Numbered from the stretch's first letter, positions 31,406 through 52,216 are shown. The stretch: 64,000 nt of DNA from Amoebidium appalachense (GCA_963693365.1 CAVNZM010000008.1:8746818-8810817), one strand, 5' to 3'. Program-made: numbers and translations. The notes: generated by a model not told the origin, from the letters alone.

Positions 31406-32643
31406 GCCCCTCACCACCACCACCACCATCACACGTGCGTGCGCAGAAAGAAACGAACAAAACACTTGCATGGGACAAGAATTATGGTAAGAGAGACTAC
31501 AAAATAAAGTGAACCAAGATAAAAATAGCATCATCGGCTGTTTTACTTCCCTCTTCGATTCAGCTGGCATTGTATCCCTTTGTAATCTTTTTTATCTGAT
31601 ATCTTTAATCAAAGGGAGGTCTCTAATGATGAGGTAATTGAGGCAAACACGTGTGTATTTATGTGTGTGTGTGTTTGTTTGTTTGTTCTTTTTGTTTTTT
31701 TTTTACGGGCCAGTGAGCGAGTGTGTGGAATGGTAGCAGGAAATAATGAGAGGGAGATGTGCAAGGTTTGTATGTTTTAGTTGTGTGTGTGTGTGCGTGG
31801 GGTGGGTGGGTAGTTCAGTGGTGGTGGTGGGGGGTGGGGAGAAGGGGGGGGATGGGGGACGGGGAAGTTTTAATGTTATGACCCTCTCTTCCCCCCAGGC
31901 CGGGTGGATGGGTACCACCAGCTGTTGTCCGCACAACAGCAAAGAGGGAGTATCCAAAGTTTGCGCATCGCCTGGGCAAGTGCTGCAGGGTACGTGTGTT
32001 TGTATCTGTGGCTGTCTGTGCACATGTGTGTGTGTGTGTGTGTGTGTCTTTGTGTCTGTGTGTGTGTGTGTCTGTGTGTGTGTGTGTGTGTGCGCTTAGC
32101 GCGCAGGCGTGTGTGTGGCCCGCCTGGCAAGGTGTGGATGCTCTGTTTGCGTGCTGGAGGGGTGTTGATTGGAGAATGTGTTTGTAGCCTGTGTTCACTG
32201 TATAAGGACTGGATTTGGATGTGTGCCTCTTGTGTAAGTTCAAATGTCCACCTATGGGTGTCATGCTTGGTGTGTGTGTTCTGCATCATTGATCCATACC
32301 CCCCCCCCCCCCCCCCCCCCTCCCCCCCTCCCCTCACTCGGGGAACAAAATGAAGCATTATCAGAGCTTAGGTGATAGTGGGTCGACACTGTGAATTGGT
32401 GATGACTTTTGACCCCCCCCCCCCCCCCCCCCCCTATAAGTGCTGTTCTGATGTTGGACTCTTGTACCTAACGTGTTCATGCCATAGAAGCATGCATATG
32501 CATCCCACCAACCTTAATTAAGCCCCTGGGCCCAAAAACATCTTGAAGAAAACCAGAAATGTCAACCCACTCAAACTTGCCCCATGTTTTCCCTTGTGCA
32601 GGAGTACATCCATAAGAACAACAAACCTCTGGAAATGTCATAG
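20603..32643 (+). CDS. CERT1: Ceramide transfer protein (PH - serine-rich - coiled coil - FFAT - START), 11 exons, about 588 aa
   Basis: Exons 20603-20705, 22226-22503, 23717-23896, 26039-26254, 27669-28118, 28616-28697, 28961-29092, 29881-29933, 31142-31281, 31899-31989, 32602-32643 (1767 nt, in frame). PH GVLSKWTNYFGGWQER...CRG...RFDV; GSETSSLHKRSSSSLAS; GPDIEEGP..ENEFYDALE (FFAT); START RIWPAAQRD and SPGGWVPPAVVRTTAKREYPKF. Confidence 0.93.
23086..23480 (+). mobile_element. Hammerhead-core repeat family, subfamily B monomer (CERT intron 2)
   Basis: Matches the 453 bp tandem unit at 40131-41300. GTT 23278-23280, GAAA 23312-23315, CTGAGGA 23346-23352; flanked by poly-C runs. Confidence 0.85.
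23945..24175 (+). repeat. Related repeat subfamily C carrying CCTGATGATGGGCTCTG, with an internal ~62 bp duplication
   Basis: ggaggcataggaacccc(c/t)tgatgatgg(g)ctctgttcaagtgtctt occurs twice; a homologous copy lies at 51845-51965. Confidence 0.75.
24225..24500 (+). mobile_element. Hammerhead-core repeat, subfamily A, with mutated core (GAAA to AAAA)
   Basis: gggtcAAAActcggg at 24351-24365; otherwise similar to the 3345 and 27060 copies. Confidence 0.8.
24988..25059 (+). tRNA. trnD: tRNA-Asp(GTC), intronic in CERT
   Basis: Acceptor TCTTCGT/ACGGAGA, D-arm AGTATAGTGGTTAGTAT, anticodon arm TCCGC-CTGTCAC-GCGGA, T-arm CCGGGTTCGATTCCCGG; T-run downstream. Confidence 0.97.
25585..25656 (+). tRNA. 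trnD: tRNA-Asp(GTC), second identical copy, intronic in CERT
   Basis: Identical 72-mer, shared 5' leader cctatcaccaa, immediately followed by a T-run terminator. Confidence 0.97.
27060..27335 (+). mobile_element. Hammerhead-core repeat, subfamily A (CERT intron 4)
   Basis: GTT 27163-27165, GAAA 27193-27196, CTGAGGA 27227-27233. Confidence 0.85.
30569..30640 (+). tRNA. trnP: tRNA-Pro(AGG), intronic in CERT
   Basis: Acceptor GGGAGTT/AACTCCC, D-arm GGTCTAGTGGTATGATT, anticodon arm CTCGT-TTAGGGT-ACGAG, T-loop GTTCAATTC; T-run follows. Confidence 0.97.
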
Positions 32644-32829
32644 CCAGGGCAGAAGAAAGGGTGGCTGCCCACGAAACCTGTTATGTGGATCATGCATGAA
32701 TGTGTGTCTTTATTAACGATGTTTGACAGCTGAAGGTGTTATGTGTGCAGAGGATCTCTGTTTTTTTTTCCCCTCACTTTTCTTCCTTCCTTTCTTTCTT
32801 TCTTTTTTTTTTTTTTTTTTTTTTTGGGT

Positions 32830-32863
<34 letters not shown>

Positions 32864-33422
32864 CATGCACAGTTTAGGACATATAATGTTGTTTGTTGGA
32901 TGCACGTATTGATGTCACGTGTTATTAATGGAATTTTCCCGTATGCCTGGATCTATGAATTCCTCTGGATGTGCATATAGAGTACAAGAGTGATAGTAAA
33001 TCGCCAGTTAGAGGTCAGATAGAAGGAACGTTTCTTTATGGTGCTGTACATGTTGTTCGATGTTCGAATTGAATGGTTTTGTTTGGCTAGCTTTTCTCGC
33101 CGGGTGATCAAAATGTGTGTAATGGTGTATGCATGCAACTGTAGATAGCAATGTGTCTAATATATAGGTGCAAGGGAAAGACATTCCCCAGAACGTGATG
33201 AGTGTACCGATATCATATATCATGCACTGTATGTAGTAAATCGGCCTTTTAGTCAGGTGTTTCTATAAAAATCAAGTGGCATGCATCGCAGAAAGAGATA
33301 GCTTACGGTGTTTATGTGCAAACGGTACCTCTATCTTGACACGCACGTTCATGCGAGCACACACACACACACGTGTACACAGCCACATGCACACAGGCAT
33401 ACAGTTTGCAGTCTCAATGAGT

Positions 33423-33805
33423 CTAACATGTATCTTCCACGAGAAGACCAACGAAATTAAAGTGCAATCGGCATCAATGGACCTAATTTTAAAATCCAAT
33501 AATTAGCAATCAATATAATTTTATAGTTTGAGATAGGACCAAATCGGTTTGATGATTGGTCAATTTCAAAATTCGATTTCAATCGTCATATGGAGAAAAG
33601 GGTTCTTTAATCGGGTCTTCTCAAAAAATACATATACCCTAATAAAACTTTTTCTGTTAGCGCGTCGCCAATAAACAAATGGTACCGCTCGATAGACAAA
33701 ATAATTAGCTTTCATTTAAATATAGGTTTGAGGGGGTTCCGAGCGGTGCGAAGGGTCGAAATCGCAAAAAACAAAGTTTGTCTTCTCGTGGAAGATACAT
33801 ATTAG
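33423..33805. mobile_element. MITE-like non-autonomous DNA element (~383 bp) with 26 bp terminal inverted repeats
   Basis: Left CTAACATGTATCTTCCACGAGAAGAC; right GTCTTCTCGTGGAAGATACATATTAG (1 mismatch); AT-rich non-coding interior. Confidence 0.8.
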
Positions 33806-34471
33806 TCGCTTGCAAAGAGTATCTTTTCCTCCAATCACCCATCGCCATTTTAACCAAATTTGGTTACTTATCTAAACATTCTGGGGCAATGATTGCGCCT
33901 TGCCCTTCCCAGAAGTTCCGAGCTCAGGCTAGTTGAACACTCACTTCACTTCAGCCAAGCTTAAGAAGATTTTGAATATTTTGGTTTTGAATGATTTGTT
34001 TTTTAGAAGGTGTCTTGCTGTAAAAACCAGAGCAAGGACAACTCAGTGTGGCACGACCGAGCGCAGAGAGCGGATCCACCGTGCGGATCCGAGCAAGCAG
34101 AACACGAACAGTGCGTCACAGGCTTTTTGGCTGGAAGCACTAAGATTAGTTCATTATTCTATCTCTTAAGCGTAGGGCTTGGGTTTCCTTGCCGCTTATT
34201 GTTTCATTCCATCTAATACGATTAGCATCCACACACAATCCTTCCGCTCCGTAGATGATGTTCCGGTGTTTTTAGTCATTTTTTGCTGTTCGATTTAAAC
34301 ATCGTGTAAAAGCATTTTTCTGCGCACACGATTGTTTGTTCCTCGTACAGGAATCTCAGTGCTCCTACGTAACCAGGTTATGCATCATCAGCACAAACAG
34401 GTGACCGATAGCAGCAGATCAATCCTTGACAGATATAACACTAGCCCGCCTGTGTGCTGGGCAGGGAGAGG

Positions 34472-41709
<7,238 letters not shown>

Positions 41710-41747
41710 AGTCTTAGGTTTTTACTGTATATTCCTGTTTACATTAC

Positions 41748-41791
<44 letters not shown>

Positions 41792-42573
41792 CCCCCCCCC
41801 CCCCCCCCCCCCCCCTCCCCCCCCCCTCCCTCCCTCCCTCCCTCCCTCCCTCCCTTTCCCACTGCTACTACCACCATCCCGTTCACACGCACGCACGGCA
41901 CATGCGTACATGCATGCAATGCCATTCACAGAGAGCACACACAGATAGTGCGAACAAACATGCAGTTTTTCGTGTGTGTGTGTCACCCTTGTTTGTGAGT
42001 CTACTAGCATACTGAACTTCCGCACATGTAAAACAAGGAGAATACCCTATCCTGGTGAGGTTTTGGTTTGCCTGTGTAGGATGCATAATATAATGTGCGT
42101 GTGTGTGCGCCTATGGGTGTACTTTTTCGTGCGTGAATAACTATTCTAACTGTACCTGATGTATCCACAAATCCATTTGACCGTTTGTGTTCTGTCTCAG
42201 GTGGTCGTTTTATTTATTTTTTTTTATATTTTTTTTTATTTTTTATTTTTTTTTTTCCCTCCACGTTTCCTTCACTTCGTCTGATCGTAAGTTTCTTCGA
42301 TTACGCCTATGATTGCCGCCATTATGGTATTCTTCTCAACATTTTTTCAATTCCAGCGGCTTTTTGTGTTTGCAAGTGGAATATACAGACATAAACTAAT
42401 TTTTACGCACACATGCGCGCACACGTAGATGCATGTGCACGCTTTGCAGTAGGGCATCGCCACTAAATTGCATGAAGCTTTGACATGTCGGCAGGGCATT
42501 TTTTTCGAGTTACTTTCTAGTAGTACCTTCCTTTCGTTCGAGATCGATGTATCCTGTGGATCAGGTGTGCCAG

Positions 42574-42574
<1 letters not shown>

Positions 42575-42644
<70 letters not shown>
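42575..42644. repeat. (TA)n microsatellite
   Basis: Directly visible. Confidence 0.97.
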
Positions 42645-42647
<3 letters not shown>

Positions 42648-43090
42648 TGCAAATAAGATGTTTATTTTTTTTATTACTCTGCGGTTCATAAGTATACAGC
42701 TTAAAACTTGACCATTTTTGGTAATGCTGCTGTAAACAGCTTTGACAAAAGGGTTCCATACGACAGGCTGGGTATTTGAATTATGAAAACCGAAGACAAA
42801 TCAGTGCATTGGCACAATGTAAATGCCATAAACGCCAATTGGGAGGCTTACACTATTTGAAATCTGGGTGAGAATGCGAAAATAAACGGATTATCTGAGA
42901 ACAAAATCTGAAGTTCCTGCGCATGATACATGTGCATGTGTATATGTATGACACGCACGCTTTGGTACTAGCATCTCGAATTGCTTTTTTCTGTCTGGCG
43001 CTCGACCTGAAATACGTGTACACATACCGTACAAAATTTTAAAATAAAAAAGCATGCACACACATTTGAACACAGACATAACACACACGT

Positions 43091-43129
<39 letters not shown>

Positions 43130-43139
43130 CACACACTGT

Positions 43140-43215
<76 letters not shown>

Positions 43216-43885
43216 ACAGTCACACACAAGCGTGCGCATGCACGGGCTTGCGCGCGCACACACACTAAGCGTCCACGTATGCACACACATGTAGCTACGC
43301 TACGTAGAGAGTGAGAGAGCTAGACACGTGGGGACATGCACGTGCACCAAGTTTTTAAAGTTATAACGTTTAAGTGACTGTGACATAATCTTACTTTTTT
43401 TTTAAGTCTTATTTTGTTTTTTTTTGGCGCGCAAAAACTTCCCGCCCAAATTTCTATATTTGGCTAATCGGGCGATCGCGCAAAAATTATTGGTCCATAC
43501 ATATTTTTTTTTAGATTGGGATGATTCCTACCTTTTTTTTATTTTGGGATATTCCTTTTTTTTTTTTTTTTTTTGGCCAGGCGTACATCGGAACAATTTG
43601 TGTACCGGTCCGGATAAGACCATGAACTGGCAGTTTTCGATATAATCACCCGACCTAGATCTGATAGGCACCTAACAATTATACGATAATAAGCTCGAGC
43701 CCTGAGGGGATATATAAAATGAGCAACCAGGCCCCCTCAGCCCCCCCACCCCCCCCACTACCTGTCAGACTGGTCTTTGTGCCTCACGAGTATACATAAA
43801 CACATGTGAAACAGCGTTGGTAGGTAAACCCCTTCTATCTAAATTCATATCATTAATCATACCAATATATGCTTCAGTCGCACTT

Positions 43886-43922
<37 letters not shown>

Positions 43923-44714
43923 CAATTTGCAGTTCAACTAATGGTGTGTGTATAGCGTGTGTGTGTGTCCTCTTTTGTGTGTGTGTGAGTGGCACCGCGT
44001 GTATCTGTGTGTACATGTGTGCGCGCGCATTTGACTTAATTATGCCCCTTTCTCCTTTGCCCGTTTGTGTGCACATACATGATGTGTGTGCATGTGCATG
44101 TGCACGTGTGTGTACGGTATGCACCTGTGTGTGTGTACACGTGTGTATGAGTGTGGTGGTGGTGGCTCGAGGGAAGGGAGAGGGGGGGGGGGGGGGGGGG
44201 AGGAGGGAGGGAGGGGGAGGGGAGGGGGGGAGGGGGGGGGGGAGTACTGTAATAACTCTTGTTACATGTACAACTGTACACTGTATACATCTCAGCAAAA
44301 TTATATATCGACATCTACATTACAAAGCCAGCAACCGTTCCGGATCCTCAAAACAAATGAAAATACCACCATCGGATTGACTGATCATCATATGCCATAT
44401 GATCGTACAAGGTGAACCCACATTACGCAAGAATGGTCATCATTAGTACAGCTTAAACCATTGCTGGTATACATACACTCAGGCAGCCGGAATGCAGCCT
44501 GATATTATGCCGAAATCAGCCCGAATTTAAGCAACATACTATGTACATGGTGGCACCCTAGCTAGAATCTGCCTTCCCTGCCGGTTTTACAACAGTTACT
44601 TGAAGGAGGACTCTCTCTCTCTCTCTCTCTCTCTGTGACACGTGTGTGTGTGTGTGTGTGTGCGCGTGCGCGCGCCCCTGCGCGTGCGAGATTGCAAGAT
44701 GTAGGGTTTGCAAC

Positions 44715-44753
<39 letters not shown>

Positions 44754-44820
44754 TGTGGGGCAATAGTAATGAATCTGCATATCATAAGGTCAGGATCAGT
44801 CAGTCAAGTCTTTATGGAAC

Positions 44821-44869
<49 letters not shown>

Positions 44870-44952
44870 CACACCACCACCACCAACCACCACCACCACC
44901 TTTGCCATCGTCACCACCACAAACACACAAAACAAAACAAAACAAAACAAAC

Positions 44953-44987
<35 letters not shown>

Positions 44988-45491
44988 TAACTGCCAACAC
45001 CTTTCCGAACAAAATCGAAAAGCACACTCCACCGTTCCTTCTTCTCCCACATCGTTTCATGGTGGTGGGTGTTGCAGCGAAATCTCCAAAAGAATGAGAC
45101 GACGGATGCGAAAGGGGAGTGTGTACATGAAACTTCAAGGGACAGAACCGTAGAACAATTCAGGCCCACATGAGGTCTCAACTTGGCAAAAGCCGAAGCC
45201 GGGTCACAAAGCTGAGGAGTCAAACAAAGTCAGGAACTTTGCCTTTTTTGGGCAAACGTGTTTGCGTTGCTTGTGGATAGGCGCAAACAGCCACACGTCC
45301 TTCTCGATCTCAATCTTTCCTTTTGTGGTGGCGGTGGTGATGGGGTGTGTATATGTGAGGGGGGGGGGGGGGGGGGGGGGGGGGGGAGAGGGGGGGGGAG
45401 GGGGGGGGGAGTGAGGGAGAGGAGGGATGAGCGCTTGTTGGCAACTTGTCGTTGGGGTGGTAATAGACGGCAAAATTTAAGTGGGGATGTA

Positions 45492-45569
<78 letters not shown>

Positions 45570-45935
45570 CCTGCCGGGACAAGTTGTGTACATGTGTTGT
45601 GGTGGCGCCGGTAACTTTATTCACAGCAGAGGCGGAATGAAGAAGGAATAGATGCATGCTAACTCACTAGATATACGAAGACTGTGAGGCAAAGCAGAGC
45701 TAAAAAGGACAACAAGAACAATAACCAAGCATCCGGACCAAGCTTAAGGGGGGGATGGGGGAGGGGTGAGGGAGGTACTCGTGAGAGAGATATGGTGCGA
45801 GAGAGAGCGAAAGGGACCGAGACAGAGCGAAAGAGACAGAAGTGAGAGTGAGCCTGCAAGAGGGTGGGAGGCGGTGCGCGGGGAGGGGGGGGGGGAGGTT
45901 TGGAATCACACCTCCTTCCACTTGGTATTTCTACT

Positions 45936-47652
45936 CTAGCCGCTTGCGGTCTTTGCCCCGTTTTCATTGGTCACCACCACCACCGGCCTATTCGGGTGGT
46001 TGCCGAAAAACGAAGTGTCCGTCGCGTTTGGAACATTGTCCAAATAAACCCGGGTCAACTTTTCGCAGCGCATCAGCGGGCTGAGATCAGTAATCTCTCG
46101 CATGCCGATGAGACGCACCATCTCGAGCTTGGCACAGGCCGCAATGGGCTCCAGCGTCGAAATAGGCAAACCGTCCAGGGAAACATCCACGATGGGAAGA
46201 GAGGAAAGGAGCGATAGATCTGCAAACAGTGCCCCCCTTGAGTGCGACCTTTTTGAGCCGCGTGCAATCGGCGAGGATGGCGAGGGATGGAAGGGAGTCG
46301 CTCACAATATCCACTTGCCGAAAGGGGCTCGCAGCAAGGGCGCTAATGTCGGTTAGGCGGTAGCATTGGTTAAGAACCATGCTGGCGAGTTGGCTCTCCC
46401 TGCAGGCATGGCCCAAACTGGTGATGGCCACAGAGCGCAGGTAGCATTTACGCAAAGGAGAGTGTTTGGCGAGTGAGAACAGGCCGTCTGGGATGGGCAC
46501 GCGGTCAATGGCAAGAAACGTCAGCCGGTCAAAGTCACACAGGGGCGGTGGCCGCCGAAGCATCACGTTCTGAAAGCGCAAACGGCCCACTGTGTTGCTT
46601 GCATTCATCAGAAAACCAGCATTGCACGACGTAAAGTGCCCTAAGTCGCCCACCACATCTACCTGCTTCAATTTGGACATCACACCACAACTGAGCTTAA
46701 CGAAAACCGGCCCAAACGTGCTGAAGGAACGGAGGGATGGGAGCTTTGGTGCGCCGACTATGGTCATCCTCACGTTTGCCGTAATCTTGAGCGTTTAAAG
46801 GCGCACGTTAGTTAGTCGCTCCAAGTCAAGCCTGTACTCGTCCCGGCCCAGCCCCCGAGAAGTGAGATGCTGGCTGAAATGACGAAGGTTCTCACATGAA
46901 CGCAAATAATCCAAATCCCACAGTGCCCCCCCACCCTTAATGGTGACTGTGTGGAGTGATGGAAGGTAGGAAAAAAATTGGGCTGCAGCACGGGCACATA
47001 CTTCATCTAGGGACACATCGAGTTTTACGGTTGTGATGTTAAAGTTCACACGGGGTAGAATGCCGGGCAACACAAGGTGGCGCAATTCTAGAGCACTCAA
47101 GTTTGCCAAATTCGCTCTCCATACCTCGCTCACATAGTCGAACGGCATACTCACGCTATCAAGCTTCGTTTCAACAGCAAAAGACTAAACTTTGTTCCGC
47201 GCTTCACGCAGAACGGCATTGACAACCGATTTCTCATTTCTGGACCCGTCGACTGTGCACCACAGGCGCAAACCGGAAAGGTTGGGCAGTTCGAATAGGG
47301 CACGCAGAATCACCCCTAGCGAAAATCCGGATACCAATCCCCGTGATTTCAGGCTTTCCGTTAGGCCGTGAAGAGCAACAGTATCTATCGACACGTGCGA
47401 GACGCATGGCCCCATGGTCCTTAGAAACCCCGACCACTCCTGTTTCAAATGCCGTTGTCAATGTTTCAACTTTCCAACTCGCCCAACAGCCCTTTGGACC
47501 GGGGACATAGACGGAAATAAAGCCGGCGCCTGGGTTGCAGCAGAGATCATTAAGCCTGCGGCATGTTTTCCGTAGCGAGAGGCGGTCTGATAGTTGAAGA
47601 CGGCGGATGATAAGAAGGAGGAGGTCGTTGGGTAGCTCCAGAAGAGGGCATT
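45936..47652 (-). pseudogene. F-box / leucine-rich-repeat protein pseudogene
   Basis: F-box CPLLELPNDLLLLIIRRLQLSDRLSLRKTCRRL followed by LRRs (LTDISALA, LEPIAACAKLEMVRL, ITDLSPLMRCEKLTRVYL). Segments 47448-47185, 47154-46795 and 46773-46087 share a frame but are separated by in-frame stops, and frameshifts occur near 47450 and 46200. Confidence 0.8.
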
Positions 47653-49926
47653 CTGTAACAAAAGAGCAATAGTAGAGAATAGCTAAGTAACCAACCTTCT
47701 GGATGCCGTGGAACATGCACGTAAGCAGCAGAAAGAAATGCATTTTTGCTGCAAAACAAGTGGGTACACACTGCAGGAGGGTGGGAGCAACACGGATGTG
47801 AGGAGAATAGTGCATGGAACATAGGTTCTGGCTAAGAACCAACACCGAGTCCTCGACTGAAAGCAAATTCAGAAGCACCAAGGAAACGCAAATGTCGTAT
47901 AGGTTTCACGTGTGGTCGTGGCGGAAAAAACCTTGCATTTGACAAGCAACCAATCAAAGCATGAGCAAGCTCTCTAGCTTCAGTGGTGACCTTAAATCAT
48001 CGACGCTCTGACAGCGAAAGAACGGCAGGGTCCATCAGTAACGCAATTGTATGCAGGTGATCACTTTTCAGTTTGGTCGAGAGCTGAAGAACTACGAGTT
48101 ATATATAAAAACTCTAAGCAGAGGGTGAGCTTTAAGAAAAAACTTGAGATAAAGTCGGCCACATGTGGCAGGCAAGCCGATACTAGGCACACAACAGGCC
48201 AAGAACACACCGGCTGCTATCACATCACAACAGAAACATATGGGTTGACGCAACCCCTCGACAAGAACAATCCATCATGAAAGAGAACACTTAAGGTTTC
48301 TTTACCTTGCTGCAATCTCGACATCCCGGAAATCCCGGACATCTTCTCCCCAACATGTAACGCTCCTTTCTTTTGAGAGTTGGGACATGAGGGAAGAACG
48401 GTGTTTTGGACTTCAGGTCTTGGTTTGTGCACTGTTCAGTGCTCAGCTCAAAAAAACGTTTACGCGATCGCAATTTTGATTGGTAGCTCTGAGCAAAACC
48501 TTCCTTATTAGGCAAAAAGCGGTTAGTGCCGCGCACAAAAAGCGGTTAGTGCCGCGCACGAGATCCAAAATCACGCGCGCTGCAGCGGCACACAAAAAGG
48601 CGCAAACACTACAAACCCACCGCACACCCGGCGTTTGAACTTTTCCAAGTGTTCCCATTTTTCTTTCAAGTTTGTGTGTGGGGTTCGTTAGAACTGGGAC
48701 TTAGTATAGTGCCTTTTTGTATTCTTCTAATAGGCGTATACGTAGTTGGGCACTTGATTTAGTTATATTGATCTCTCCTAGTTTGATGTGTTATTGAATG
48801 CATCACTGGCGAGCTGAGGAAACGACTAAACCTTATTGCTGTTTTACTGCCATAATTCCGTGTCATAATAGAGTAGCATTCTGGTTATGAATAACTACTA
48901 ATTGGTTGAAAATTGGTAGGTTTTTCGCCCCTTTCTGGCTGCTGTGGTACTCTATATTTCCTTCCGTTGAGTCCTTTGTTTGCACCAACATCTTCTTGGT
49001 CATATTTGATTCTTCACCCATCACCATCACACCATGGCCTCTCGCCAAGTTAGTATAGCCAAGTCTGCGGTTTCTGACAGCCCGGACTCTCCCGAGTGTA
49101 AGTAATACCTAAGGATTTTACCTTTCTGCTTCCTTGTTACATGCTAAGCCTAACAGTTATTATCTAAAACTCGTTTGCCAGATTTGGCACCTGGCGTGAG
49201 ATAAAGAATAAGCTTCGTGCAGATGCCGAAGCTTATGTCTGTGTGAAGTTCATCGTTAGCTTGTACGCAGTGGTGGTTTGCTCTCTTTTTTCGAGGCACA
49301 GAGACCAGTATCAGGCTACGGGAGCAGGAAGGGAGGGGGTGCGAGGTTGGGGTGGAGGGGGAGAGGAGGGGGGGGGGAGGGAGGAGAGGGGGAAGATTGG
49401 TTGGTATATTCTCATGGTGAAATCAGTTATATAGAGGTCGGATGTTGTTTGTACATCAAACCATATATTCACCTACGGTAGTACTGTGGAAAACAAGAAG
49501 GAATTAGAGGGCATGCACGTGTTTCATCCTTTTTGTTAACTCATATCAATTGCCCGTTCAACAGTATGCAAGTGTAGTTTCCTGCGCAAATAGCGAAGGT
49601 TTTATCCCGTTTTGTTGTTCAAGATTCCTGATTTATTGTTGAGAAGGAAGTATGTTGGGCCGTGGGGTTAACAATCCTCCTGTAACACCACCTTTTCTGT
49701 TAAGTCAACCCCCCCCCCCCCCCCCCCCCCCTCCTCCCTCCCCTCCTTCAGACACAGTCTTCTGCCTTTTTTGCATCTTAGTAGCAAAACACTTTGGTTT
49801 CTCAGTGACAATTTTATGTTCTGATAGCAGAAAGATATTCTTTAATCCTTCAAATAACCCATATTGTGTACTCTCAGTCCAGGATTTCAACCCCCTCCCC
49901 TACACCATCCGGGAGGCCCAGCATCG

Positions 49927-50336
49927 ATGAAGCCCTCCAGGATGCTCCAGGACTCTGGGTCTCGGCTTAAGCACCTCAGCCTGCTTAATCTCTGGTCTTT
50001 GCCTCAGGTACTTGTTACATCTCCCACACATTTCTTACATCTATTCACGTTATGACGTCCAGGTACAAGTTACATCTCCCTTACATTTCTTACATCTAGT
50101 CACGTTATGGTGTCCAGGTACATGTTACAACTCCCGTACAGTTCCTGCGTCTAATCACGTTCTTGAAAGGTCAGTGATGCGTTAGCTACTTCAACAGTGA
50201 GGATACACACATACAACACGCGGGAACGCTGCGCGCACACACACACACATACACACACACACTCGACGACAATCACACAACAACACCCACCATCTTTATT
50301 TCCTTCCTTCCTAAACAGGCTTCCTTTTCGCTGCAA

Positions 50337-50376
<40 letters not shown>

Positions 50377-51756
50377 CCCTTCCCTCCCCCCCCCCCCCCC
50401 CCCCCCCCCTCCTCTTTTTTTCCCCTCTTCTCCGTCGTTCTCCCACGCACCCACACAACACCTTCTTTTCAGAGCGACAATCGCTCTCTTTCTTGAACCT
50501 TTCTTTCTATGTTTCCGTTCTGCTTTTGCTGTTTTCTTATAGCAGCCTTTGCACTTTTCCATCCATACATTCAAATGGGTGTGTTCCAGTGAAAACCCAA
50601 AATCCCCTTTTTCTCTCTGCCTCTTCCCCACTCCCCCCCCCCCCCCCCCACCATCCCCCCTCCTTCTCATCTTGTGCTTAAACCCAAAGCCCCCCCCCCC
50701 CCCCCTCCCCCCCCTTCCCCCTTCCCCCTTCCCCCAGTGTGTTGTATTGAAACCCGAAAATCGTTTATCCCTCTCTCTCTCTCTCCGGCCCCCCCCCCCC
50801 TCCGCCCCCTCTCCACCCATCCCGTCTCTCTCTGCCCCTTCCCCCTCCCGCCCCCCCCTCCCCCCCTTGTTGAACTAAACCCCAGGTCCTCCCCCCCCCC
50901 CCCCTCCCCCCATAACCTCCCTCTTTTTAAATACCCAGATTTTTTCATTCCCCCCCCCCCCCCCCCCCCCCTCCCCCCTCCCCCCTTCCTCCTCCTCCCC
51001 CTGTTGAACTGTGAACCCCTCCCCCCGCCCCCCTTTTTTTTAAAAAAAAAAACAACAAACAAAAAAACCTTATTTTATTCCCCCCCCCCCCCCCCCCCCC
51101 TGGTATGTGATACATCGTATCTTCCATACTGATCGACTCCTTTCTCTTCCACTTACTGCTTCTTTCCCTGTAGGTGATTCGACGGACTGGTATCGTGGTT
51201 ACGATTGGTCCGGAGTCAGCTGACGTGGAGACACTGATTGAACTGCGCAAGGCGGGGATGAACATCATGCGCCTAAATCTGGCACAGTACAGCCACGAGG
51301 TGGGGGTTTTCATATTTAAAATTAGTTTTAACAATATGTAAAAAGGTGTAAATTGTAACTTGGCTTGATTGCTGCTAGTTTGAAATACCATAAAGGGCGA
51401 AGTACAAGTGCAGCCACGAGGTTGTTAAAAAATTTGGAGAAATTGAAAAGTTTAAAAGGCTTTTTAAACTTGTTGTGATGGCATCTAATCTTAAACACTA
51501 ATTTGGTGTTAGGTATAGAAGTGAAATGAAGTGGGATTGGAAGGCGAGCAGGGGCGGGGACGGGGGCGAAAGGGGGGATGGGGTGTGTGTGTGTTTGGGG
51601 GGGGGGGAGAGGGGGAGGGGGGGGGGGGGGGGGCAGAATGGAGTTTGGATGTGTTTATGACACTAGTTTTACAACGCCTTTAATATTAAATCCTAAAAAT
51701 TAAGGTTTGGTAGACGACTGTGGTGAACAGTGTCTGATATCTTGCATCTCTTTCTT

Positions 51757-51796
<40 letters not shown>

Positions 51797-51974
51797 CGGC
51801 CCGCCTGGCATTGGTCTTAACCTGTAACATGTCCTAACCTACCCCCCAGGAACCCCCCTGATGATGGACTCTGTTCAAGTGTCTTCTGCCTGCACGCTTC
51901 TCATTTTTGTGACGTTTTTGCTGTTGATCTTTGTTGTCTCCTCCATATTTCCAACCCGCTAACACATACATCCC

Positions 51975-52014
<40 letters not shown>

Positions 52015-52175
52015 TTTCTCCTCTTCCTCCCCAGTTCCACAGCAACCTTCTTGCCAATCTTCGTGAGTCCTTCCATTGTCTGCCCGGTCCACTCATTGCC
52101 GTAGCCATCGACATTAAGGGCCCTGAGATCCGCACCGGGGGCTTGGAAACTAGGCGAGAGGTACTTAACCCCTTC

Positions 52176-52216
<41 letters not shown>

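Noticed and set aside
31530-31650. U2 snRNA or C/D snoRNA (atctgatat, atgatga)
   Set aside because: No U2 branch-pairing GTAGTA context, and no D box (CTGA) downstream of the C-like box.
46795-47187. Stop-codon reassignment explaining in-frame TAG/TAA in the F-box/LRR gene
   Set aside because: Frameshifts co-occur, and intact neighbouring genes terminate with TAG and TAA normally.
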